Notes under the pieces: model-generated
What the model saw: the letters and a program-made list of their open reading frames with translations, nothing else
Databases searched by the model: none
Told to the model about the DNA's origin: nothing
Translations under genes and position numbers: made by a program
Shown: positions 19,615-29,631 of the stretch, in pieces
Numbering within the stretch: position 1 is the stretch's first letter
How the letters are laid out: every line of letters begins with the position of its first letter
IMG/VR virus record: IMGVR_UViG_3300033757_000130
Direction: 5' to 3' (one strand)
From: an uncultured virus (IMG/VR IMGVR_UViG_3300033757_000130)
Taxonomy: Duplodnaviria > Heunggongvirae > Uroviricota > Caudoviricetes
Length of the DNA: 64,000 nt

Positions 19615-20491
19615 TTAGACCTTTGAAAAAGCGTTAACAAAATCTGTGATAAAATCTATTTGATTTTGTAGTTTGTGAGTAAACATGAAGTTGTAGAAAC
19701 CTCTTGCATCAAACTTTTCTTTTTCCCAAGAGTCAAATTCTTTAATGATAGAATTGCAATGTTCTTCTGGAATTGCATCAAATGCAATCAATTTATAATT
19801 TCGTTCCCATTCATCACGACACTTATTTTCATCTAGCCAAGCATCCAAATTTGGAATAATCTTTTTTTCAATAAACTTAGGACCTTGACGATATTTCAAT
19901 CCAGAAATACGAGGAACATTGTCACCATCATCACCTGTAATAATCTTCGCAGTTAAGTAATTGACAGGATTTACAACTTCAATAAACTGTTTCTTAATTG
20001 GATGCCACTGCTTGTAATTCTTATACTTGTACAATTGATAAAAATCTTTATCAGAAGACAACGCAATGATATCGCAATTCTGCTTATATTTTGTAATAAC
20101 TGCAATCAAATCATCTGCTTCACAATTTGGAACCTGCAAGAATTGAAAATTCTTAGCAATGCCTTGAAAATCATGAATAAATGCATTCAAATTCTTGTAG
20201 AATGCATCAAAATCGACTTCAGAAGCTTCTCTCTTTTCTACTCTATTTGCTTTGTAAAGAGAATATTCTTGCTTACGCCAATTGTTAAAACCTTCTTGGC
20301 AAAACACAACTCTGTCAATGCCATTAAATTGCAATAAAGCGTTCTTAAACATCTGCATGAGTAATCCATTGTACGCCATATAGAAATTATCTGTAGGATC
20401 GTATGGGATTACATGCAGACAACGCATGTACATATTTGCTGCGTCAATAAGTAAAACTTTTTCACGCATTCCGTCTAATAAATTTATTCAT
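19615..20491 (-). CDS. rnh: T4 RNase H-like 5'-3' exonuclease; likely start 20491 with +1 shift at CGG 20471-20473, or ATG 20469
   Basis: LLID..N, WRK..Y..YKANR, EADD, SSDKDF.QL, GD.GDNVP. Confidence 0.9.
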
Positions 20492-20548
20492 GATTTAATA
20501 ATAATAAAAAATGTACAAAACGAATTTGTACATTTTTTCGAAAAACTG

Positions 20549-20602
20549 CAACTTTCACAGTTCAAAATTTTTATTTATATTTTATATCGTCAGATAAGAA
20601 AA
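20549..20602 (-). repeat. Dispersed ~52-bp repeat, copy B (inverted)
   Basis: Reverse complement TTTTCTTATCTGACGATATAAAATATAAATAAAAATTTTGAACTGTGAAAGTTG. Confidence 0.85.
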
Positions 20603-20603
20603 A

Positions 20604-21576
20604 TCATAGCTTAACGTAAAACACAAATGTTTTCGATCTTGGTTTATACTTTAGAATATACTCAGCTAAATGATCGTCATCATACTGATGTTCAATCGTC
20701 ATCGTTTTCTGATCTTCAAAATAAATCAATTTCTTAACATTCTTAAATGAGTTTGCTAATTTAATCAACAAACTTGTAATATCTCTACAATATCTATAGC
20801 ATGTGTTATACACGATAAGATTTGAATTTTCAACGTAATCTTTGTGTATAATCATATTGGCTAGCGTATTTGTAATAATTTCGTTATTATTTACAATTGC
20901 CTCGCCAATTTTTGTCATCATGTCACGTGTAGATAATCTGTTAAATTGATCATTTAATACAGTCGAAACAGATTCATACAGCTGACGTCTAGATGTCTTT
21001 TGAATTCCATCTACAATTTCTTCTTCAAAAAGCAAATGATAACCTGCTAATTCTTTTGTGCAAATGTATGAATGTCTAGGAGAGTACTGCTTGATTGAAA
21101 TATCTTTTACTTCATTTGGAAGAATTATCTTGAAATCTGCAACAGTTTTACTATTTGTAATTGAAGCAGTCCAAACGATGTCTTGAATATTATCGTAAGT
21201 TTCTGTAAGACGTTTGTAAGTTAGAATTCCAGCTTTAAGCTTATACCATAACCAATTGTCTTTAATAGACTTTTCATCATATCCAAGAATCTGTTCTGAA
21301 TACAATGTATGATTAAGTAGACTGGCTGCAGGTTTATTTTCAGCTGTTAATTTCAAAGCACCAATTTCATACAACTTCTGTACGAATTCATCTTCACTCA
21401 ATGCAGCATTTATTTTTTGTGCAACATCAAGACAATTATCCAAATTCATTTCACCGAAATTTATCTTTGCTATAGCGATTGTAGTAGAAAATGAATAACG
21501 GTGTAATTTCTGATAAAGCAATTGCAGTAGATTTATACTGCAATTTTGTATACGATTTTTTAATCAAAGTACTCAC
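20604..21576 (-). CDS. Hypothetical ~323-aa protein (nuclease-like D..ISIK motif), +1 shift at CGG 21454-21456
   Basis: TATACT plus 7 nt, then GTG 21576; 40 codons, then CGG TGA; +1 frame GGT GAA ATG continues into the long ORF. Confidence 0.6.
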
Positions 21577-21598
21577 TAAATAAAGTATAATAAAATGT

Positions 21599-22198
21599 TT
21601 AATCTCTTTTTAGACTATTTCTGAAGATAATGATCGCAGCGGCAAGGTCTATAGCAGATCTATCACGAGAATTGTAATTAACAATCGTTTTATATGCTTT
21701 AGGAGAGCAGATTGCTGTATTTGTAGTGTCGAAATTACTTGCTTCAATAATCGACATAACTTGCTTACATGCACCTCTAATCTGTTGTTCCCAGCTCTTA
21801 ACCATGCTGAAGTAATCTTTCATTTTCTTGCTATTATCACAGTTATTTACAAATGAGTTGTAAATTGCAGTAATAACAGAGTTAGCAACTGAAACTTCAG
21901 GAGCTAATTGATTATACAATTTTAAGCCATTTGTGTTTCTTTGCGCTGGCGCATTATCTGTGTCAATCAAACTACTATTCGAAATTGGTTCTAGTGTAGT
22001 ACTGTCACTATCCATCGAATCTTCAGGAGCAGGAATAGGACTATTCAAATTTAATGCAGATTTAGGCGCTCTGTTATTTTCAGGTGCGACAGCAGCTTTC
22101 TTCTTCTTTTCTTCAGCAGCAGTCTTCAGCAAAGATAACATATCTTCGTGTAATTGCACATTTTCATGTAGAATGCTTGCAAATGATGAATTATCCAT
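21599..22198 (-). CDS. Hypothetical protein
   Basis: 199-aa ORF overlapping the end of the upstream gene. Confidence 0.65.
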   Translation of the reverse strand: MDNSSFASILHENVQLHEDMLSLLKTAAEEKKKKAAVAPENNRAPKSALNLNSPIPAPEDSMDSDSTTLEPISNSSLIDTDNAPAQRNTNGLKLYNQLAPEVSVANSVITAIYNSFVNNCDNSKKMKDYFSMVKSWEQQIRGACKQVMSIIEASNFDTTNTAICSPKAYKTIVNYNSRDRSAIDLAAAIIIFRNSLKRD

Positions 22199-25100
22199 TT
22201 AGATATTCCTTCCAATCTATAGTATTATTTATTTGTTCAAACAAAGTGGATAATCCGTCAAGTTTAACATTCGTAGAATCTGCAAGATGTTCAAACGTTT
22301 CTTTGTCTTGTTCTTTCTTGAGGCTTTCATCTTCACCACTTTCCTGTGCTTTTCTAACAGCTTCAGCATTAGCTTCACGACGCTTGTCATTATCTTCAAC
22401 TTGCTGACGCGCTTTAACAGTTGAGTCTGCTTTACTCTGTTTTTCTTCCTGTTCCTTTTCGTACTTCTTTAACTTATTCTGTTCTGCTGGTGCACGCTTT
22501 TCTCTTTCAACATCGCCCTTTGCTACAGTATCCTTCAATTCGTCAGTAGTCATTTCGCGAGAGTATTCACGAACACCTTCCCAACTTGAAATATACAAGC
22601 CTTTAATCACACCGAAGTGAAGATCAGTTGTATCATTCAACTTTCCTTCATTCATCAGATTTGCAAGCTTGTAGTTAATAACTGCTTTACATGGCTTGAA
22701 ATTTACACCTGACATAGCAGATTTAAATGATGAAAGTGCACTAGCAATAGCATTGATAGAACGAGAATTTGCAAAGTTTGCAGTATATAATGCTTCAGCA
22801 AGTTTTGTAATATTGCTGAATTCTTTTCTTGCAGATTCAGTCAAGATATTACTTGCTACGATCTTAGCACCTTCATTTAAGTATGAAAGCTTTAGTTTTC
22901 TGCTATACGAGTATAGCAAATCAACCTTGTAGTTACCAAGATCGTCAATAGTCTTAGCCATTTCTTTATCTTTTTCTTTAGTACCTGTATGTGTGATACC
23001 GTGTATCAACTTACCAAGTCCCGTACCAGCATATTTGCCAAGATTGTTAATACCTGTCTTTGCAACGTCACCAATTTTATCAGTAACTGCATCAGCTTGT
23101 TTAATAGCCTTGTTACCGATATCTTCAGATAGTAATTCATCTGCAGAAACGAATGTTGCTTCAAGAGGATTTACGATTCTAGATTTACTTCCTTTAAAGT
23201 CTTTCATGTCATTATTGAAAGTCTTATTCTGAGATTCAGTTCTTAATGTTTCTACAAAGTCTCTAAATTCGACAACTGGCTTAGCAATCTTAATTAAACG
23301 TTCTGTGAAAACGCCAAATCCATTCTTAGTTTCATCTGTAGAAGAAGCAACAAGCTCAATACCGTGGTAACGATACTTACCATTGTACTTGATTGGATAA
23401 TCTGTAGTAGTCTTACCTTTTTCTTTATCAACTTCTTCGCTTTGTTCATCTGCAGATGTATCGTATTCAATTACTTCATTCAACCAGTCACTCAACGAAC
23501 GACCAAGAACTGATTCAGTCTTAGCTTGAGCTTTAGGCGAAGTAGAATCACTAATAAGCTTATCTAAGTCGATAGTAATATACTTAGCGCATAGTGGCAT
23601 AGTTTTGTGTTCAGAGTGTAAAGCAAGCAAATTCCATTGACGTGCAATGTACTTGTTCAAAACTTCATAAACTTCTTCACAAATCTTAACAGATTGTTCG
23701 CCTACATTGATAGTACTATCTGAATCTGTTGCGTGTTTTGCATTAGCTGAATCCATTTCTTCACGTTCATCTTTCTTCATTTGATAATTTGAAATTGCTT
23801 CAGTATAAGCTTCGTATGCAGGTAACACATGTGAAAGCAAAATATTAATGCCAGCAGAATCCAACTCTGAAACAAAATCGCTTCCAGAGAATTTATCACG
23901 CAATACTTTTAAAAGATCAGTATTATCTGCATTTTCAGTATCTGTATTCGCCAAAGTATTCAAAATTTGAATAAATTCGTCAGTTAAGAATTCCTGCTTT
24001 AACTGTGAATTTGCGTTTTCAAACTTCTTAATATCTTCTTTAACTGCTTCATCACTTGCAGCTTTCTTAGAGTATTCAGCAACAGTCTCGATCTTATCTG
24101 CTAAATCATATAGTGGACCATTCTTTTCGTCATATTCAATTCTAGAACGTGGTTCATCAAATGAAACATCATCATCAACATCACTGTCTTCACTTTCAGT
24201 TAGCTGAACACTTTCATTAGTCGTAACAATCTTTTCGTTGTGAATCTTTTTAAGCTTTTCTTCACCTGCTTTTATAGCCTTAATTACATCTTCGTATGTA
24301 ACTTCAGTAGAACGTCCAGCTTTATCCATGTTTTCTTTAACACCTGTTGCAAATGAACGTAATGCTGCAAACAGAGTTCCAGTAAGTTTCTTACGAAGTT
24401 TATGCAATGTAGGATTTGTAAGAATTTTTAGAGTTGTCATACCAAGTTTTGGAAGTAACCAGATAAGTCCGTGTTTTTCTTTCAACTTGTTATCAAGCCA
24501 TTCCATTGGTGCAGTATGCATGAACTTGTTACCATGACCTGCTAAACGACCACGTCTAAATACTCTTTCACCAGTGATTTTGTTTTCAAACCACTCTTTC
24601 TTTACAGCTTCTTGTTCATGTTTAATAGCATCAGACAAACCATTCATGAAATTGTTCAAATATCTATTGTAAGCTGTATTGTATTCATTTGGGAATTTCT
24701 TAGCGAAATCTAATGCGTTTGGCAAGCTTCTAAGTTGTTCTTCATTAAATCCACTTCTGTCTTTTACATTATCGTCCATGTAATCATAGAAAGCACATAT
24801 TGCGGAGTCAATGACTAACTTATCATTGATATTACTCAACAAGTTCAATTCGATAGTGTAGTTGGCATACTTTCTAAATGCTGCATGCATAGTTTCCATC
24901 AACTTTGCATGTTCTTTTTCAGAAAGATTCTTGAAGTCGTAATCTTTTGCTTTTCCTGCAGCATTTCTACGACCATTATCAGTAATAGCATTGTTTGCTT
25001 CTACAAAGAAGTCAGTGCTAATGAATACAAGTGCTTCGCCAAGATCGTGGTAGATAGAGTCCATAGTTGCAGTATTGTGGTATTCCATACCAGTGAATGC

Positions 25101-25694
25101 TGAACGTCTTGCTGCACTCTTTGCTAAGTTAGCATGTTTTGCAACAGCTGCAAACTTAGAAGGAAGAACATTTCCAATGAACTTGGAAGGTGTCTTCATT
25201 TCAGTGCTAGTTTGAACAGGAATTACAAACTGTTCAACGTTTTTAGCAGAAACATTTAATTTCTTTAAAGGACCTTTGTCTAAAGGCTTTGCAGAAGTTT
25301 CACCTTCTTTAAGTTCTCTACCAAGAACACCTACAGTAGTAGTAACGTTAATCAACCACATTACTTTCGAAATGTGATCTTCTCTTGAACGTCCACGTAA
25401 AATATCAAGAGCTGACTTAGCGTTTCCACGTAAGATGAAATCTTCAAGTGCAACGCCTAAGTCAACCAAAGGTTTATTTGCCTTATTAGCTTCATCAGAA
25501 GCTATAACACGAATACGTTTAACTATATTCGTTAAAGTATCAAGGGATTCATTAGCTGAGAATGATTCATCCTTGTGTGCTAAAATTTTGTAATCTCTAT
25601 CAAACCACTTAAAGAACAAATCGTCAATTTGTTTTTTTAACTTATCATTGTCTAAAATGTAAATTTGATTATTCTTTTCTGCTTCTTCTGCCAT
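22191..25694 (-). CDS. Large hypothetical protein (1167 aa), probably late/virion-associated
   Basis: Long ORF, AAGG SD, TATAAATA about 25 nt upstream. Confidence 0.7.
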   Translation of the reverse strand: MAEEAEKNNQIYILDNDKLKKQIDDLFFKWFDRDYKILAHKDESFSANESLDTLTNIVKRIRVIASDEANKANKPLVDLGVALEDFILRGNAKSALDILRGRSREDHISKVMWLINVTTTVGVLGRELKEGETSAKPLDKGPLKKLNVSAKNVEQFVIPVQTSTEMKTPSKFIGNVLPSKFAAVAKHANLAKSAARRSAFTGMEYHNTATMDSIYHDLGEALVFISTDFFVEANNAITDNGRRNAAGKAKDYDFKNLSEKEHAKLMETMHAAFRKYANYTIELNLLSNINDKLVIDSAICAFYDYMDDNVKDRSGFNEEQLRSLPNALDFAKKFPNEYNTAYNRYLNNFMNGLSDAIKHEQEAVKKEWFENKITGERVFRRGRLAGHGNKFMHTAPMEWLDNKLKEKHGLIWLLPKLGMTTLKILTNPTLHKLRKKLTGTLFAALRSFATGVKENMDKAGRSTEVTYEDVIKAIKAGEEKLKKIHNEKIVTTNESVQLTESEDSDVDDDVSFDEPRSRIEYDEKNGPLYDLADKIETVAEYSKKAASDEAVKEDIKKFENANSQLKQEFLTDEFIQILNTLANTDTENADNTDLLKVLRDKFSGSDFVSELDSAGINILLSHVLPAYEAYTEAISNYQMKKDEREEMDSANAKHATDSDSTINVGEQSVKICEEVYEVLNKYIARQWNLLALHSEHKTMPLCAKYITIDLDKLISDSTSPKAQAKTESVLGRSLSDWLNEVIEYDTSADEQSEEVDKEKGKTTTDYPIKYNGKYRYHGIELVASSTDETKNGFGVFTERLIKIAKPVVEFRDFVETLRTESQNKTFNNDMKDFKGSKSRIVNPLEATFVSADELLSEDIGNKAIKQADAVTDKIGDVAKTGINNLGKYAGTGLGKLIHGITHTGTKEKDKEMAKTIDDLGNYKVDLLYSYSRKLKLSYLNEGAKIVASNILTESARKEFSNITKLAEALYTANFANSRSINAIASALSSFKSAMSGVNFKPCKAVINYKLANLMNEGKLNDTTDLHFGVIKGLYISSWEGVREYSREMTTDELKDTVAKGDVEREKRAPAEQNKLKKYEKEQEEKQSKADSTVKARQQVEDNDKRREANAEAVRKAQESGEDESLKKEQDKETFEHLADSTNVKLDGLSTLFEQINNTIDWKEYLNG

Positions 25695-25750
25695 AAGTTA
25701 AACCTTTTTACTATTGTATTTATAATTGATGCAGTAATCAAATACATTTG

Positions 25751-27157
25751 TCAAGTAGAATTAATATTGTCAAAATTGTATTTGATTGTGCCACAGTCAT
25801 ATATTCGTGCAAAACCCATTTCTTTCATTATTTCATGTTCAGTTTTAGTCGGATCTGCTCCATTTGCAATAAGTTTGTGTTTTTGATATTTTATTCTATT
25901 TTCTCGTTTATGATTAACTATATAGAAATAAGATAGTGCAGATACATGAACAAATGAAAAACCCAATGACTCATACACATTGCCTTTGCTCCAACGTCTA
26001 TCTGCATAACTTACTATGTTTTTCACTTCTGGATGCAATTTGCAAAATGCAGTAAACAACTTGCTAGCACCACCAATGACTGAAGTATTCAATTTGTTGC
26101 AAAATCTCAACAATTCAAATTCATCTTTCTTGAATCTTGATTTACCAAATGTCATCAATGATACTAATTCATCATTGTAATATAAACCAAGTTTGTATTT
26201 CGATGAACAAGCTCCTTGAATATGATTTTCATTCAAAAATTTGTATGCTTCTGCAGTTTGAACATCTTTGATTTTTGTTTTTCTAGCAAAAATTCTATTG
26301 CTTTTATGAAAAAAATTCAACAATCTAGATTTTACTATTTCTTGTTTGAAATTCCATTCATCTTCGAATATGTGAATCAATTGATAGCCTTTGCTTTCAC
26401 ACAATTCTGTTTTAATCAAATGAACATCATTTTTAATGACATTGTCATTATGCCAGTACAATCCGTCAAATTCTATTGCCAAATTTAAGTCAGGAAGAAC
26501 TAAATCTAATTCTTTTCCAATCAATGTATGATCTCTCGTCAAAATTTGACCTGCATAATTATTTTTGACAAAATCATACAATTGCTTTTCTTGCTTGCTT
26601 GTATATTTTGAATTGCATGTGTGACATATTGTCAAATCGTTGTTTCTACAATACCTGTCTAACAATGCTCTTGTATACGCTGCAATTGTATTGCATTTGT
26701 TGCAACGAAATGTTACTCGCTTTTTGTCATTGTAATCATATTTGATGAAAGTACAATTGCATGTTTTAAAATAATCTTTAAAATGTTGTTCGCTTTTTTG
26801 TTGACGCAAGTTTTTTCCAATGTCAGACAAACCACAACCGTATTTAGAAATTTTGTTATCTAAGATTTTAGAACGCCATTCTGATTTTTCTGCATCAGTC
26901 TTTTCTGCAATTTTAATTTTTCTCTTCAATTTTACTTCATCAGTCTGCCATGCACACTTTGTAGAACAATAATTAGAATAACCTTGTTCAATGCTTTTAA
27001 ATACTGCTTCTTTATTACATATTATGCATTTGCCTTCATTTTGTTTTTTCAAATAAGTATCATAATACAATTTGCTTGAAAAATTGTGATGAAATGACGA
27101 CAAATGCTCTTTTATCGAACATTCTATATCTTTGTTGCAAATAAAACAATAACTCAT
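25751..27157 (-). CDS. Putative free-standing homing endonuclease (Zn fingers, Vsr/DUF559-like nuclease, GNAT-like C-terminus)
   Basis: Multiple CxxC; ELD..LP..NLAIEFDGLYWH; IFEDEW; ELLRFC, SYADRRWS.G..Y..LGF; very AT-rich; own TATAAATA. Confidence 0.8.
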   Translation of the reverse strand: MSYCFICNKDIECSIKEHLSSFHHNFSSKLYYDTYLKKQNEGKCIICNKEAVFKSIEQGYSNYCSTKCAWQTDEVKLKRKIKIAEKTDAEKSEWRSKILDNKISKYGCGLSDIGKNLRQQKSEQHFKDYFKTCNCTFIKYDYNDKKRVTFRCNKCNTIAAYTRALLDRYCRNNDLTICHTCNSKYTSKQEKQLYDFVKNNYAGQILTRDHTLIGKELDLVLPDLNLAIEFDGLYWHNDNVIKNDVHLIKTELCESKGYQLIHIFEDEWNFKQEIVKSRLLNFFHKSNRIFARKTKIKDVQTAEAYKFLNENHIQGACSSKYKLGLYYNDELVSLMTFGKSRFKKDEFELLRFCNKLNTSVIGGASKLFTAFCKLHPEVKNIVSYADRRWSKGNVYESLGFSFVHVSALSYFYIVNHKRENRIKYQKHKLIANGADPTKTEHEIMKEMGFARIYDCGTIKYNFDNINST

Positions 27158-27223
27158 ATGAATAAACCTTAATATAAGTTATTTATAATAAAATTTATTA
27201 TGACGTTTTCTTATGCAAAAAAC

Positions 27224-28123
27224 TTATATAGCATATTCAAAATTATGATATAAATCTTTAATTTTTATTACTTCTGTAATACCATCTGGATGCTGAATTT
27301 CTACTTCTTCGTTACCATGTAAGCATGCGTATTCTTGTGCGAAGAACACTGGACCGTTATCTTTAATCATTCTAGCACGCCATTCATCATCACGACCTTC
27401 AATTTCGTTCCATTGAACCTTACAAGGAATAAAAGAGTTTTGATTGTTAATAGCTTTCATCCAAATATCATAGAAGTGGTTCATTCCCTTAGGCGTTGAA
27501 ATCAAAATCAATTTAGAATCCAAACGAGAAGCCTGAGTAGGGAAAACTGACATCATAAAGTCTTCAGCGATGTTAGCATCTAGGTGCGCAAATTCGTCCA
27601 CGAGCATGTAGTCAACCGTTTTACCACGAATAGACGATGAAGATGATGCTGCAGCAAAAATCTTAGTACCGTTATCAAGTCCGATACAACCTTTAGTCCA
27701 ACCACCTACGTCTTTGTTAATGCCTTGCTGCAACCAAAGAGGCAAGTTAACGTAAGCATCTTTAATACGAGACATAATTTCAATTGCCTGTGCTTCCTTG
27801 TTAGCAAGAACTGCAATTGTCTTATTCTGTCTGAACAAAGCGAGCCAAGTTAGATACAGCGTAGCAATAGTAGTCTTACCAGTCTGACGACCTTGCATGA
27901 TAATTCTGTTGTTTTTATTCGTAACGTTTGCAATTAGAGTTTGAACAATCTTCTCTTGATATGGACGCAATTTAATTGGATGCATACCATCAGCAGCGTT
28001 AATATAAAAGTATGTTGCGAAATGGAAAATATCTTGAGAACACTTGAGCCATTCTTTCATTTCTTCTTTTGTCATCTCAATGTGTTCACCAGTTCCACGT
28101 AGTCTAGGATTACCAAAAAACAT
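27224..28123 (-). CDS. terL: Terminase large subunit, N-terminal ATPase half, fused to split-intein N-fragment
   Basis: LRPYQ, RQTGKTT Walker A, VDEFAH Walker B, ISTPKG.NHFY, F.QEY followed by C-L-H-G...IKIKDLY and stop. Confidence 0.92.
   Translation of the reverse strand: MFFGNPRLRGTGEHIEMTKEEMKEWLKCSQDIFHFATYFYINAADGMHPIKLRPYQEKIVQTLIANVTNKNNRIIMQGRQTGKTTIATLYLTWLALFRQNKTIAVLANKEAQAIEIMSRIKDAYVNLPLWLQQGINKDVGGWTKGCIGLDNGTKIFAAASSSSSIRGKTVDYMLVDEFAHLDANIAEDFMMSVFPTQASRLDSKLILISTPKGMNHFYDIWMKAINNQNSFIPCKVQWNEIEGRDDEWRARMIKDNGPVFFAQEYACLHGNEEVEIQHPDGITEVIKIKDLYHNFEYAI
27227..27325 (-). other. Atypically short split intein N-fragment (33 aa)
   Basis: CLHGNEEVEIQHPDGITEVIKIKDLYHNFEYAI begins with Cys at the QEY-C site and resembles intein block A plus the I.I.DL motif. 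Confidence 0.75.
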
Positions 28124-28160
28124 AATAACCTCATGTCAATATAAAGTATTTATACGACAA

Positions 28161-28184
28161 AAGCACCTCCTTACGGGGGTGCTT
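28161..28184. terminator. GC-rich hairpin, likely original primase terminator
   Basis: AAGCACCTCC-TTAC-GGGGGTGCTT inverted repeat with T-run on the minus strand. Confidence 0.65.
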
Positions 28185-28317
28185 AGGTTATTATATGCTC
28201 AAAAAACTTACATAAAAGCGAACAGAAAGATGCCATGCCTTTAGGCTGGCTTATGAATGTTCGCTAAAATTACAAAATTCATAAAATAAATATTATATAT
28301 AATATATAATATATAGA

Positions 28318-28406
28318 TTATTGAAAAGGTTAGAGCTTTCAATAATAGAATGAAATTAAAAAGCTATTATTAGCTTCATCCTATTGTTACTCTAACTAAC
28401 AATAGG
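28318..28406 (+). ncRNA. Structured tnpB 5' leader (three hairpins, kissing loop)
   Basis: TTATTGAAA/TTTCAATAA stem with loop GGTTAGAG, complementary to loop CTCTAAC of the CCTATTGTTA/TAACAATAGG stem. Confidence 0.65.
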
Positions 28407-28417
28407 TTTTTTATTTT

Positions 28418-29619
28418 ATGAATAGAGCATTTGAAATAAGGTTATATCCTACTAAATTACAGGAACAAAAGTTAAATCAAACTTTTGGTGCTTGCAGATT
28501 TATGTATAACTGCACTTTATTTCAAAAACAAAAAGCTTATATTGAAAAATTAAATATTTCAACTAATGATATTATCAAAAACATAAAATTAGAAAATCCT
28601 TGGTTAAAAGAAATAGGAAGTCAAGCTATATGTCAATCGTTAAATGACTTGAATAAAGCATATATAAATTGGTTTAATTCTTTAAAGAAAAAACTAAACA
28701 AAAGTCTAAAGCTCCTAAATTTAAAAAGAAACATGATAAACAGTCTTATCGCGATTGTATGATGAAAAACAAAATAGAACTATTATGCAATCAAGATACA
28801 AGAAAAATACGTATTCCTAAAATTGGTAAAATAACTTATAAGTCAGGATATAATTTTGAAAAATATAATATTACTAAAGTCTGCAACATTACAATAAAGA
28901 AATCAAAAACTAATAAGTATTTTTGCAGTATTTGTTGCGAATGCGAAGAACCCGAAAAACTTAAACAAAATAATTATATTATTGGTTTTGATTTAGGATT
29001 AAAAGATTTTCTAATTGATAGTGATGGAATTGTAATTGACAATCCTAGATATTTTAGAAAAAGTCAAGACAAACTAGTTAAAGAACAAAGAAAATTATCG
29101 CATCGCATTAAAGGTTCAAATAACTATAAGAAACAAAAACTTAAAGTAGCTTTAGTTCATGAAAAAGTAAGAAACCAAAGGAAAGATTTTCAACACAAAG
29201 TATCTTCTAAAATAATAAACGAAAACCAAGTTATTGTTTCTGAAGACTTGAAACCTTCCAATATGATTAGAAACCGTAAACTTGCTAAAAGTATTGCAGA
29301 TGCTTCATTTAGTTCATTTTGTAATATAATAGATTACAAATCCAAATGGTATGGTAGAATATACATTAAAGTAGGTTCATTTTATCCAAGTAGTAAACTA
29401 TGTCATTGCTGCGGATATAAGAACACTACTTTGACTTTATCAGACAGGGAATGGGAATGCCCTAAATGTCATACCCTTTTAGATAGAGATAAAAATGCAG
29501 CATTGAATATATTAGAAGAAGGTTTAAAAATTTTAAATAAGTCAGGGCAGGAACTGCCCGTAGAGCCTGTTGATACTGAGTACAATGGTACTCTTGTGCA
29601 GGAAGATTCCAGCTTTTAG
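28418..29619 (+). pseudogene. tnpB: TnpB split by a 1-nt deletion near 28690
   Basis: HTH N-part 28418-28762 and RuvC/ZnF part 28759-29619 (GFDLG, VSEDL, DRD.NAA); copy 3 reads AAG AAA AAG ACT where this reads AAG AAA AAA CT. Confidence 0.85.
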
Positions 29620-29631
29620 GGTGGAGTTAGT

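Noticed and set aside
22191..25694. 1167-aa ORF as the IntC-terminase C-terminal half
   Set aside because: No HN-S/T/C splice junction near the N-terminus and no RNase H-like terminase nuclease motifs.
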